This document shows, one piece after another, positions 44,898 through 54,338 of a stretch of DNA of 64,000 nucleotides. A model generated the notes under the pieces. It saw only the letters and a program-made list of their open reading frames with translations, was not told where the DNA came from and did not search any database. The position numbers were made by a program, and so were the translations under genes. The first letter of the stretch is position 1. The number at the start of each line of letters is the position of its first letter. Origin of the DNA: Patescibacteria group bacterium (lineage in GTDB: Bacteria > Patescibacteriota > Patescibacteriia > Patescibacteriales > UBA12465); assembly GCA_028692765.1 (NCBI GenBank), contig JAQUWT010000004.1, positions 405 to 64,404 on the forward strand, given 5' to 3'.

Positions 44898-46076
44898 TTA
44901 TTTTTCTAAGATGATTAATTCCCGCCAGACTCTTTGGCCGGCACGATGATAGATTAAAGTATCGCGATAACTTAACTTCACCCAAGGCAGATGGGAAAAC
45001 TTCTCCGGCAGAGCCTTAACTGGCTTCCATTTATCCAGAGCCGGTTTGAGAAACTCCCGACCGAAAAATACCGGCCAGACCATGACTGCCCGACCGCCAG
45101 GAGAGAGAATTTGATAGAAATTATCCAAAGCCTGGGTGTACAGAGCTTGTAATTCTGTCTTAACCGCTTCGATATTATCCAAACCGCGCTGAGGACCGAG
45201 ATAGGGCTCGGAAACAATGGTGCCGATTGTCTTGGGTTTAAAAAATTGAGCCAAACGCGTAGCATTCTTAATATGGAACTTGGGATGGATATCCAAGCCG
45301 TAAAGTTCGCGCACCCATTCTGCGTTCGCCCGACTGTCTTTGACCGCTTTTTCCGATAAATCCGTACCGATAAGCTGCCGATAGCCCATTAGCATCGCTT
45401 CTGTAATAATTGTGCCCGAGCCGCAGAACGGGTCAAGCAGGGTATCGGAAAAATTACGAGTGGCGGCACAATTAATCATCATCTGCGCCAGCTTTGGCGG
45501 CAGCATCCCGGAATGGTCATCGCGCGAAGGACGGCCGAAATCACGCCGAGACAAATCTTTATAGGGTTGAATAGCTAAAGTACGGGCAACAAACAAATCG
45601 GAACCATGGCGGAAAAATATCAATTCCGCCCCTTTGCTTAATAATTTATTCTGACCGACAACGACGCTTGATAATTCTTTATCCCTGCTTGTTACCAAAC
45701 GAGCAGAAATGCCTTTGGTTTTAAGCTCTTTTTTAATATTCAAACCAAGCTTATCAGCGGCAAAACGCCCGCCGACGCCATTATCGGATAGGCCAAATAC
45801 CAATTTCCCTTCGCCACGCGCCGCTTTTTTCACCAGAATATCGGCGCAAATCTTAGCTATCTTAGCAAAATTAGTATCAGCCGGCACAAAAGTTTCAATT
45901 TGAGCGATTTTTAAAGTTCCGCCCAGACGTTTCATTAAACTATCCGCTGCAATTTCCGCATCTTTTTTTACTAAAATACGCTCATTTTCCCAATATAAGC
46001 CCGATTCCCCCAAAACCGATGCAATTTCCGCCACCGACCAAGCCGGGTGCGTACCTAAAATAAAAATATAATCCAT
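44898..46076 (-). CDS. class I SAM-dependent methyltransferase (Trm11 / UPF0020-like, probably RNA)
   Basis: 392 aa; SAM motif I DPFCGSGTI, motif IV-like SEPYLG. Confidence 0.7.
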   Translation of the reverse strand: MDYIFILGTHPAWSVAEIASVLGESGLYWENERILVKKDAEIAADSLMKRLGGTLKIAQIETFVPADTNFAKIAKICADILVKKAARGEGKLVFGLSDNGVGGRFAADKLGLNIKKELKTKGISARLVTSRDKELSSVVVGQNKLLSKGAELIFFRHGSDLFVARTLAIQPYKDLSRRDFGRPSRDDHSGMLPPKLAQMMINCAATRNFSDTLLDPFCGSGTIITEAMLMGYRQLIGTDLSEKAVKDSRANAEWVRELYGLDIHPKFHIKNATRLAQFFKPKTIGTIVSEPYLGPQRGLDNIEAVKTELQALYTQALDNFYQILSPGGRAVMVWPVFFGREFLKPALDKWKPVKALPEKFSHLPWVKLSYRDTLIYHRAGQRVWRELIILEK

Positions 46077-46333
46077 ATATTTTAATAATGCCCTAACTCT
46101 TGCTTTTTTTCAAGCTTTATGATAAGTTAAGAACACAAAAAAATATCTACATATCTTTCCCATATTCTCGCCTCAGGGCAGAATAATTCCGTTTCTTTAA
46201 ATAATAACGGAATTAAAGGTATTCCTAAGAAGCTCAAGATTTCTGAAGAATACTTGGGTTTTTGTTTAATTAAGGCAGTTTAAAAAAATGTTAGGTCTAT
46301 CTTACATTAATTTTAAACTCATTATGCTAAATT

Positions 46334-46858
46334 ATGTCTAAAAGCAAAGCATCCGGACCGAGCCGCTACGAAATGCTCTTCATCGTAGCCAATAACTACA
46401 CCGAAGAAGAAGCAAAAACAATCGTGGCTAAAGTTGAATCCCTAGTCACTGAAAATGGCGGCAGCATCGCCTATCGCGAATTCTGGGGCAAGAAAAAATT
46501 AGCCTATGTCATCAAACAGAATCATTACGGCTACTATAGCCTCTGCGAATTCGATGCCGAACGCGAAGCTATTGCCAAGCTTGACCGCACTCTGCGCCTC
46601 TCGCACGAAGTTCTGCGCCACCAAATTATCAGCATCAAAGCGCTAAGCGATGAAGAGCGGGCAAAAATAAAAGAAAAACAGGCTCAATCCGCGGTTAAAA
46701 ACGAGAAAAAAGAAGAAAAAACCGGCAAAGAAAAAATCCAAAAAGTAGTCGCCGGCAAGAATGAAAAAGCGGAAAAAGATGAAAGTAATAAGGCGGAATT
46801 AAAAGATTTGGACGAGAAGCTGGAAGGCATCTTAAACAACGCTCAAGATCTCTTATAA
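46334..46858 (+). CDS. rpsF: 30S ribosomal protein S6 with Lys/Glu-rich C-terminal extension
   Basis: RYEMLFIV...WGKKKLAYVI...YYSLCEFDA S6 core; 174 aa. Confidence 0.9.
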   Translation: MSKSKASGPSRYEMLFIVANNYTEEEAKTIVAKVESLVTENGGSIAYREFWGKKKLAYVIKQNHYGYYSLCEFDAEREAIAKLDRTLRLSHEVLRHQIISIKALSDEERAKIKEKQAQSAVKNEKKEEKTGKEKIQKVVAGKNEKAEKDESNKAELKDLDEKLEGILNNAQDLL

Positions 46859-46908
46859 TTAAAAATTTGATTTTATAAGCGCGTTTATAAAATTAAGTTC
46901 CAAACACT

Positions 46909-47352
46909 ATGAACTTAAACAAAGCTATGATTATCGGCAATCTGACACGCGACCCGGAAGTGCGCACCACTCCCTCAGGACAGAACGTCGCCTCTTTCAG
47001 TGTCGCTACCAGTCTGACTTGGACCGATAATTCCGGCCAGCAGCAGAAGAAAACGGAATTTCATAATATTGTCGCCTGGAGAAAACTGGCGGAAATCTGC
47101 GGACAATATTTGAAAAAAGGCTCTAAGATCTATATCGAAGGCCGCCTGCAGACCACCGACTGGACCGGTAATGACGGCGTCAAAAAATACCGTACGGAAA
47201 TCGTGGCGGAGAATATGATTATGCTCGACCGTGCCGGTAATAGTGAAAATTTTGGCAGCAGCTCGGCCGCGCCCAGGCGCCAAGAAGAAGAACTGCCGAC
47301 CATCAACGCCGATGAAGAAGAAGAAATTCGCGTTGAAAATATCCCCTTCTAA
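46909..47352 (+). CDS. ssb: single-stranded DNA-binding protein
   Basis: 147 aa; OB fold [16 protein letters not shown], acidic tail ending ENIPF. Confidence 0.93.
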   Translation: MNLNKAMIIGNLTRDPEVRTTPSGQNVASFSVATSLTWTDNSGQQQKKTEFHNIVAWRKLAEICGQYLKKGSKIYIEGRLQTTDWTGNDGVKKYRTEIVAENMIMLDRAGNSENFGSSSAAPRRQEEELPTINADEEEEIRVENIPF

Positions 47353-47381
47353 AAATTAAACCAAAGACAAAATAATCTTAT

Positions 47382-47594
47382 ATGAACAACAAGAAACACA
47401 AAGACTGCTTTTTTTGCGTCAACCAAATGGACGTCGATTACAAGGACGTCCGCACTCTGCGCCGCTTCGTCAATTTCTATATGAAAATCCTTCCCGGCGA
47501 TCGCACCGGCATCTGCGCCTGGCATCAGCGCAAATTAACGCAGGCGATTAAACGCGCCCGCGTTATGGCCTTATTAGCTCCGACTCATAAATAA
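47382..47594 (+). CDS. rpsR: 30S ribosomal protein S18
   Basis: 70 aa; CFFC...DYKDVRTLRRF...TGICAWHQRKLTQAIKRAR. Confidence 0.92.
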   Translation: MNNKKHKDCFFCVNQMDVDYKDVRTLRRFVNFYMKILPGDRTGICAWHQRKLTQAIKRARVMALLAPTHK

Positions 47595-47609
47595 TTACGC
47601 CGCGCCAAT

Positions 47610-48170
47610 ATGCTAAATTTTAATGAAATCAAAACCGGCAAAGTCATTTTGCTAAACGAAGAGCCTTACGTCATCGTCAAAACTGATCATCATAAAATGG
47701 GCCGCGGCGGCGCTGTCTTGAAAGTAAAATGCCGCAATTTGATAAATGGCAACGTTCTGGAACGCACCTATCAGGGGGCGGAAAAAGCCGAAGAAGCAGA
47801 AACAGAAAGAAAAAAAGCCAATTTCATGTATAAAGATAAGGATGAAGCTTATTTCATGGATAATGAAAGTTACGAACAATTCAATCTCCATGTTGATGAA
47901 ATCGGCGACAAGGTGCAGTTCCTAAAAGAAGGCACCGATGTCAACGTCCTATATTTCAATAACAAGCCGGTAGCCATCGATTTGCCTATTAAAATGGAAT
48001 TCAAGGTTGTTTCTGCCCCTCCCGGAGTCAAAGGAAATTCTGCCGGCAACGTCAACAAGCAGGTAGAATTGGAAACCGGTGCTATGCTCAGCGTCCCGAT
48101 GTTTATTGAAGAAGGCGACATTATCCGCTTAAACACCGATACCGGCGAATACGTGGAAAGAGCCAACTAA
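47610..48170 (+). CDS. efp: elongation factor P (Arg32-type loop)
   Basis: 186 aa; three-domain EF-P; the loop tip reads HKMGRGGA with Arg at residue 32 (codon 47703-47705). Confidence 0.92.
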   Translation: MLNFNEIKTGKVILLNEEPYVIVKTDHHKMGRGGAVLKVKCRNLINGNVLERTYQGAEKAEEAETERKKANFMYKDKDEAYFMDNESYEQFNLHVDEIGDKVQFLKEGTDVNVLYFNNKPVAIDLPIKMEFKVVSAPPGVKGNSAGNVNKQVELETGAMLSVPMFIEEGDIIRLNTDTGEYVERAN

Positions 48171-48187
48171 ATATCTAACAAGAATTT

Positions 48188-48226
48188 AAAAACGCCTTAA
48201 GAATTATAAATCTTGAGGCGTTTTTA
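48188..48226 (+). terminator. terminator after efp
   Basis: ACGCCTTAAGA...TCTTGAGGCGT stem (10 of 11 pairs) followed by TTTTT. Confidence 0.7.
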
Positions 48227-48277
48227 AAGAGAAAGAGACAATCGACAGCAAAGCGATTCGTGCTATAATCAAATTAT

Positions 48278-49648
48278 ATGGAAATATTAACCATAATTAG
48301 CTTAGGCTTATTTGCCATCATTGCCATTCTTAAGTTAGATTGGGCAATTTTCATCACTTTAGCCGCCCTGCCCGCTTATCTTCTCCGCTTTAATCTCGGT
48401 CCGATTCCCATGACCAGCCTTGAGGCAATGATTATCATCGTTTTTGCCGTTTGGTTTTTTCAAGAAAAACCCTGGCGAAGACTGAAAAAGAATGATTGGC
48501 AGAAACGGCGACAAAAATACCCCTATCATTTAGAAATTATCGGGATTTTAATCGCCGCCTGGGCCGGGCTGGCCGTTGCCGGCTTTGATAATGCCGCTTT
48601 GGGAATATTCAAGGCTTATTTTTTAGAGCCGATAATGCTTTATATCGTTATCATTAATCACGGCCAAGGCTCAAGCAGAAAATTTATCTGGCCGCTGGCT
48701 ATTTCAGCGGCTGTTGTCAGTCTCGTCGCTTTCTTCCAACAGCTTACCGGCCTATTTATCTTTAATAATTTTTGGGCCCTCGCCTCTCAGCGCCGCGTCA
48801 CTTCCGTTTTTTCCTATCCCAATGCCGTCGGCCTTTATCTGGGGCCGATTATTTTCTTGCTGGCCGGAGCTTTTGCCTCCTATCCTCGGCGCACCAATCT
48901 AATAGGCGCCGGCGAAAAGATACTGCTTCTACTGATAATCATGGCCGCTGTCATGGCGATTTTCTTTGCCAAATCAGAAGGAGCTTTAATCGGCTTGGCC
49001 GGAGGAGCGATGATTGTTGCCTTATTATACAATAGGCGTTCGCGCCAAATTGCCGCCGGCTTAATCGCAACTGGAATTATTGTCCTAACATTTTCCGCTC
49101 CCGCCTGGCAATATGCCCAAAAAAAAGCGACCTTGATGGATTTAAGCGGACAGATTCGCCGCCAGCAATGGAAAGAAACAATGCAGATGCTATCAGACGG
49201 ACGATTCATCAGCGGCGCCGGCTTAAGCAATTATCAAGAAGTGGTCAAAACATTCCACCAAGAAGGTATTTTCGTAAAAAATGATGACCCAGACTGGTAT
49301 AGAAAAGTGGTTTGGAACGACGAATACAAGAAAAAGGTTTGGCAGCCGGTGGAAATATACATGTATCCGCATAACATCTTCCTTAATTTCTGGACGGAAA
49401 TCGGCTTGCTGGGCGCTTTGCTCTTTACTTGGCTCATCGGCCGCTATCTCTATGAAGCTATCCGTCTGCAAAGCAAGCTGGACAGAACGGAAAGAATGAT
49501 GACTCTCGGTTTAATCGGGGCCATGAGCGCGCTCTGCATCCACGGCCTAGTCGACGTGCCTTATTTTAAAAACGACTTATCCGTTCTCTTCTGGCTGCTC
49601 ATCGCTATTTTGGGCATATTGAAGATAAAAAGAAAACAAAACCTATGA
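48278..49648 (+). CDS. O-antigen ligase (Wzy_C)-like polytopic membrane protein
   Basis: 456 aa, about 10-12 TM with a large loop typical of O-antigen ligase/polymerase families. Confidence 0.7.
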   Translation: MEILTIISLGLFAIIAILKLDWAIFITLAALPAYLLRFNLGPIPMTSLEAMIIIVFAVWFFQEKPWRRLKKNDWQKRRQKYPYHLEIIGILIAAWAGLAVAGFDNAALGIFKAYFLEPIMLYIVIINHGQGSSRKFIWPLAISAAVVSLVAFFQQLTGLFIFNNFWALASQRRVTSVFSYPNAVGLYLGPIIFLLAGAFASYPRRTNLIGAGEKILLLLIIMAAVMAIFFAKSEGALIGLAGGAMIVALLYNRRSRQIAAGLIATGIIVLTFSAPAWQYAQKKATLMDLSGQIRRQQWKETMQMLSDGRFISGAGLSNYQEVVKTFHQEGIFVKNDDPDWYRKVVWNDEYKKKVWQPVEIYMYPHNIFLNFWTEIGLLGALLFTWLIGRYLYEAIRLQSKLDRTERMMTLGLIGAMSALCIHGLVDVPYFKNDLSVLFWLLIAILGILKIKRKQNL

Positions 49649-50355
49649 TTTATTTGACCAAATATCTAGCTCAAGCCGGCCTTGCCAGCCGCCGCCAAGC
49701 CGAAGTTTTAATTCGCAACGGCAAAGTTACCGTTAACGGCGAACGGGCGTCTTTGGGCGATATGGTGGCAGGAGATGAAGAGGTAAGAGTGAGGGGCAAG
49801 CTGGTAAACGGGCAAATGGCGGCGGACAAAATCGTCATTGCTTTTAACAAGCCCATCGGCTATACCTGCACCAACCGCCGTTTCAGCGGTGAAGACAATA
49901 TCTTCAGCCTCTTACCGCCGCAATATAAGAATCTGATTATTGCTGGCCGCCTTGACAAAGACAGCCGCGGTTTGCTTTTATTAACTAATGACGGCGAACT
50001 GGCCAATAAGATAACACATCCTCGTTTCGGACATGACAAAAAATACTTAGTGCGTTTTGCCGGCGAAGACCGGATGGACTTAGACGAACGCAAACTCTAC
50101 GCCCGCGCTAAAGAAGGCATCCGCTCCGAAGACGGAGAAATTTTAAGTGCCAAAAGCATTCGCAAAGAAGATGATCGCTGGGCCGTCACTTTGGGCGAAG
50201 GCAAAAAAAGGCATATCCGCCGTTTGTTTGCTGGCATGGGATTAAAGGTCACCGACTTGCAGCGCGTCAGTATCGGCAATCTTGGCCTTGGCGGCTTACC
50301 GGTCGGAACTTTCCGAATCTTATCGGAAAAAGATATTAAGAAAATAATAAAATAA
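49645..50355 (+). CDS. rRNA pseudouridine synthase, RsuA/RluB family
   Basis: N-terminal S4 domain, catalytic motif GRLDKDSRGLLLLTNDG; the start overlaps the upstream stop (ATGA). Confidence 0.88.
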   Translation: MIYLTKYLAQAGLASRRQAEVLIRNGKVTVNGERASLGDMVAGDEEVRVRGKLVNGQMAADKIVIAFNKPIGYTCTNRRFSGEDNIFSLLPPQYKNLIIAGRLDKDSRGLLLLTNDGELANKITHPRFGHDKKYLVRFAGEDRMDLDERKLYARAKEGIRSEDGEILSAKSIRKEDDRWAVTLGEGKKRHIRRLFAGMGLKVTDLQRVSIGNLGLGGLPVGTFRILSEKDIKKIIK

Positions 50356-50360
50356 AATTA

Positions 50361-50447
50361 GGAGAGGTGACTGAGTGGTTGAAAGTACCGCTCTCGAAAA
50401 GCGGCAAGGGTGAAAGCCCTTCGGGAGTTCGAATCTCCCCCTCTCCG
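50361..50447 (+). tRNA. tRNA-Ser: tRNA-Ser (anticodon CGA), long variable arm
   Basis: acceptor GGAGAGG/CCTCTCC, anticodon loop CTCGAAA, 18-nt variable arm, T-loop TTCGAAT. Confidence 0.9.
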
Positions 50448-50456
50448 CAGATTACA

Positions 50457-50496
50457 AATAGCCATTCTGTGCCATTCGGCAGAAGGGCTATTTTTT
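50457..50496 (+). terminator. terminator after tRNA-Ser
   Basis: ATAGCC.TTCTG.GCC / GGCAGAAGGGCTAT imperfect stem followed by TTTTTT. Confidence 0.6.
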
Positions 50497-50609
50497 GACG
50501 GCAAGTTTATTGTTTTATAACAGCATGTTATACTCTAAATGTATAAATAAACAAAAAAATGAAAAATATCATAGAAGCTTTATAAAAACCCTTTAAACAA
50601 AATAAAACT

Positions 50610-51002
50610 ATGAAAACAATCCTAGTGGATGCGGTAGATGGAATTATCATAAAAGAAAATGATGATTTTATTGTCTTTCAAGATATGTACAATATTTTAG
50701 AATCTTTCCCTAATGAAAAAATCATCCTTACCGGTGCTAATGATGAACAGTATAAACTATTTAATCTTGATAAAGCTCCATACAAGATTTTTAGCTTGCA
50801 ACACAATCCGGAAAAAACTGACCCCAAATATTTTGAAACGATGCTAAGCCAATATAATTTAAAACAGGAAGATGTTGTTTATTTTGAGCATAATCCCGAA
50901 GCCGTCCAAAGCGCCGAGTCGGTCGGAATCAAATCATATTATTACGACCACGAGAAAAAAGATTTAAAATCGTTAGAAAAATTTCTGAAAGATAATGCCT
51001 AA
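50610..51002 (+). CDS. HAD-superfamily-like small hydrolase (130 aa), AT-rich
   Basis: N-terminal ILVDAVDG and C-terminal VYFEHNPEAVQSAESVGI resemble HAD motifs I and III/IV; weak call. Confidence 0.45.
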   Translation: MKTILVDAVDGIIIKENDDFIVFQDMYNILESFPNEKIILTGANDEQYKLFNLDKAPYKIFSLQHNPEKTDPKYFETMLSQYNLKQEDVVYFEHNPEAVQSAESVGIKSYYYDHEKKDLKSLEKFLKDNA

Positions 51003-51008
51003 AATCTT

Positions 51009-51743
51009 ATGAAACTGATTTCTTTAAATTTATGGTGCGGGATAAAATACGAAGCTCTGCAGGCCTTCTTAAATCTCCACGCCCCGGAAATTGATATTTT
51101 CTGTTTCCAGGAAGTAAGAAACGGGCAATACGATAAACCGGAAGAGAATACGGGTGAAAGGGTAAATCTTTTTGATGACTTAAAATTAATTCTGACAGAC
51201 TTTAACGGATATTTTACAGAAATGGCGACCGGCGTGGGCATCGCTTCATTCGTCAGAAAAAATATTGAAATCAAAGAGTTTAAAGCAACGCAAATTCTAA
51301 GCGGCCAAGAAACATCCCATTTAAAAATGGCGAACGGAGATAGCTATTACCCCCGCGTCGCCCACTCCATTATATTAAAAGACAAAAATCTTATTATCCA
51401 TAACTTTCATGGCATCCCCGGCGAACACAAAAAAGATACCCCGGAAAGAGAGTTGCAGACGGACAGATTATTGGAAATGACGAGCGGCAATAATCACCAA
51501 ATTATAGTTGGTGATTTCAATCTGGACTTGCACACGCAAGCAATAGAGAGATTGGGTGATAAAATGCAAAATCTAATTAAAATATTTGACGTCAAAACGA
51601 CGCGCAATGCCAACTATAGACCCTTCGAATCTATTCCTTTCGCTGATTACGCTTTCTTGTCGCCGGACATAAAAATAAACGACTTTAAGGTCTTGCCGGA
51701 TGAAGTTTCTGATCATTTGGCCCTGTTTATAGACTTTGAATAA
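51009..51743 (+). CDS. endonuclease/exonuclease/phosphatase (EEP) family protein
   Basis: 244 aa; LNLW..., FQEV, GDFNL and SDHLAL motifs. Confidence 0.8.
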   Translation: MKLISLNLWCGIKYEALQAFLNLHAPEIDIFCFQEVRNGQYDKPEENTGERVNLFDDLKLILTDFNGYFTEMATGVGIASFVRKNIEIKEFKATQILSGQETSHLKMANGDSYYPRVAHSIILKDKNLIIHNFHGIPGEHKKDTPERELQTDRLLEMTSGNNHQIIVGDFNLDLHTQAIERLGDKMQNLIKIFDVKTTRNANYRPFESIPFADYAFLSPDIKINDFKVLPDEVSDHLALFIDFE

Positions 51744-51762
51744 ATTAGCGACCTCTACACGC

Positions 51763-51791
51763 AAAAAGACGCCTAACCGGCGTCTTTTTTT
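51763..51791. terminator. bidirectional terminator
   Basis: aaaAGACGCC-taacc-GGCGTCTttttttt. Confidence 0.7.
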
Positions 51792-51810
51792 AAATTAACC
51801 AATAAAAATA

Positions 51811-53394
51811 CTATCTCTTCACGTATAAATCCAAAGGGGAAAAGCGATTGATGGAAAAAATGGCATGGCGCCAGCCATTGGCTTCCAGCCATTCCTTCAG
51901 TCCGTAATTTTCATAATCGGCATAAGCCAGCCAGATTCGCTGCGGTTGTGATTGCTTGATAATATAATTCATTTTTAAATCCAGCGCTTCGGGGGAAACT
52001 GGCCAGATGCGAGATTGAGCCTCGTTTTCCAAAAATCCTATCGTTGCCCGGCTGGCATAAGCATCACTGCGCCAATCAAGCAGCTGAGGCGGATAGAAGC
52101 CTTCGGCAGAAATATCTGGATGTAAATAATAATTTAAATTACTGCGGTCATAGGAAAAATTATCAATAACAATATCTCCCGGCAAAAAGCCGGCATTTAT
52201 CTGTTCGGCAATTACTTTTTGCGCCCTATCGGCATCAAAACTATTTTTGGCTAATAATATCCTCGCATCAAAAGTGATAAGACTGGCAGTCAAAATACTT
52301 ATGACAGCAAAAGCGGCTTTAATTTTTAAATTAGCCAAGACGCCGGCAATGATAACGGCCAATAAAATCGTTAGCCAGAAAATATGCTTCTCAAAAATGC
52401 TAACATAATTTTCTGAAGCCGGAGAAAACATGAAGATAAGCAAGGAAATAACGATTAAAAAAGATAATTCTAAAAAAACAAGCAAATACTCTTTATTCTT
52501 TTTCCGGAAAAGAAGAAAAAGAGAAACCGCCAGAGCTATTTTTGCCAAGGCCATTGCTAAAATTTCTAAAGGCGCAATTTGCCTGTTTTTTACCGTCCAA
52601 ATCATTTGATTTAAGGACGATTCCAGAAAATAAACGGCTCGATTGGGGAAAAGCGTCCGCGGCAGATTCATTAACTCGTAAGTTCCCAACGAAATTTTAT
52701 ATAACATCGCCGGCAGCCACCAATAAAATCCTAAAAATATAAAAGTAATCACCGCTAAAAATCTGATAAAGTCTTGGCGCCGCCTATCAACAATCATTTT
52801 AAACAGCCACCAGACGGACAAAGGCAATAAAATCAAGAAAAAAGAATAATGGAGATAAACACCGATGAGGGCAAATATGGAAAAATAAACTAAGCGGTGC
52901 CAATGAGGTTTGGCTAAATAGGCATTAAGCTGATACAGGCAAAGAAGTCCAAAAAAAGAAAAGATAATATAAGGACGCGCTTCGACGCTAAAAATTATTG
53001 ACATTGGCAAAATGGCGGCCAAAAAAGAGGCAAACAGAGCGGCGCGCGTGCTTTGCCACATCTGCTTTCCCAAAAAATAGGCTAGCGCGACCGTGGCCAA
53101 GCCAAAAATCAGGGACAAACTTCTGACTGCTACCTCGCTAAAACCGAATAATTTAGTCCAAGCGACCAGCAATAAATAATATAAAGGAGGGTGGACCTCA
53201 ACCGCTTGTAAATATTGGAACAATCCACTGATATTATCTTGAAAATGCCTGGCAATCTGCAAGCTTAAAATCTCGTCCCCCCAATAAGGCTGTCCAAGAA
53301 TAGGCCAGCGCAGGCAAAAGGACAAAATTAAAATCAAAGCTAACAAAAAATAATTATTGGACAATAATTTAAATATTTTCATATCTCTATACAT
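51811..53394 (-). CDS. GT39/ArnT-like (PMT_2) membrane glycosyltransferase
   Basis: 527 aa; polytopic N-terminal two thirds, soluble C-terminal domain, typical of dolichyl/undecaprenyl-phosphate-sugar transferases. Confidence 0.7.
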   Translation of the reverse strand: MYRDMKIFKLLSNNYFLLALILILSFCLRWPILGQPYWGDEILSLQIARHFQDNISGLFQYLQAVEVHPPLYYLLLVAWTKLFGFSEVAVRSLSLIFGLATVALAYFLGKQMWQSTRAALFASFLAAILPMSIIFSVEARPYIIFSFFGLLCLYQLNAYLAKPHWHRLVYFSIFALIGVYLHYSFFLILLPLSVWWLFKMIVDRRRQDFIRFLAVITFIFLGFYWWLPAMLYKISLGTYELMNLPRTLFPNRAVYFLESSLNQMIWTVKNRQIAPLEILAMALAKIALAVSLFLLFRKKNKEYLLVFLELSFLIVISLLIFMFSPASENYVSIFEKHIFWLTILLAVIIAGVLANLKIKAAFAVISILTASLITFDARILLAKNSFDADRAQKVIAEQINAGFLPGDIVIDNFSYDRSNLNYYLHPDISAEGFYPPQLLDWRSDAYASRATIGFLENEAQSRIWPVSPEALDLKMNYIIKQSQPQRIWLAYADYENYGLKEWLEANGWRHAIFSINRFSPLDLYVKR

Positions 53395-53538
53395 ATTCTA
53401 ACATTAAAACCAACTGACTGATAGGAGACGGGGTAAAATAAAAAGTAATTATCTTTAAAAAGGTGCCAAATAACTTAAACTATTTAATTAATAATAAGCC
53501 AAAAAATAAACTTATATCAAATAACTGTCAGAAAATAT

Positions 53539-53568
53539 TTGACACTTATAAAATAAAAGATATATAAT
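53539..53568 (+). promoter_or_regulatory. promoter of the TrmB-glmS unit
   Basis: TTGACA (53539-53544), 18 nt, TATAAT (53563-53568). Confidence 0.5.
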
Positions 53569-53593
53569 TAATTCTATAAAAATAAAGAACGAT

Positions 53594-54334
53594 ATGGATA
53601 TTACTATCTTAAAAAAACTTGGTCTGTCAGATAAAGAGCTGACAATATATTTAAAGCTTTTAGAAAGCGGGCCAATTTCAGTTAGGCGCTTGGCGGAAAA
53701 TACTAAACTTAACCGCGGCATAGTCTACGAAGTTATAAAAACACTCAAGGAAAAAGGCTTAGTCAGCTACTACAACGACGCTACCAAGCAGAAATTTGTA
53801 GCGGAAAACCCGGAACAGCTGCGGCACCTGGCCGATGCCGAGGCTGATAGGATAAAAACTCTACAAAATGATATCAGCTCTCTGGTTTTAGAATTAAAAT
53901 CTATCCGCGGACAAGCCGACAAGCAACCAGTCACTAAACTATATGAAGAAGACGCTGGCATCCGAACAATCCTCAATGATTTATTAGACACTTTAAAAGA
54001 CAAAGAAGAAAAGGAATATTATGTTTATTCCGCTAAAGACGCCAGCGGCGATATCGGCCGCGCTTTTCCCGGCTTTAATACGGAAAGAAAAAAACGGAAC
54101 ATCTACGTCAAGGCTATTTCTCTGGCTGAAGGAGGGGGAACACATGGACTTGATGAGCGCCGCTGGCTGGGCACAAACGACCGCTCGGCCACCTTTATCA
54201 TCATCTACGCCGGTAAATGTGCTTTTATCTCCCGCGACAAACAAGGAGCGCCGGTGGGCGTCCTGATTGAAAATCAAATGATTTATAATACGCAAAAAAC
54301 GATTTTCCTCAATCTGTGGAGGCGTTTAACCTAA
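53594..54334 (+). CDS. TrmB-family transcriptional regulator
   Basis: 246 aa; N-terminal wHTH LGLSDKELTIYLKLLESGPISVRRLAENTKLNRGIVYEVIKTLKEKGLV. Confidence 0.8.
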   Translation: MDITILKKLGLSDKELTIYLKLLESGPISVRRLAENTKLNRGIVYEVIKTLKEKGLVSYYNDATKQKFVAENPEQLRHLADAEADRIKTLQNDISSLVLELKSIRGQADKQPVTKLYEEDAGIRTILNDLLDTLKDKEEKEYYVYSAKDASGDIGRAFPGFNTERKKRNIYVKAISLAEGGGTHGLDERRWLGTNDRSATFIIIYAGKCAFISRDKQGAPVGVLIENQMIYNTQKTIFLNLWRRLT

Positions 54335-54338
54335 ACTT

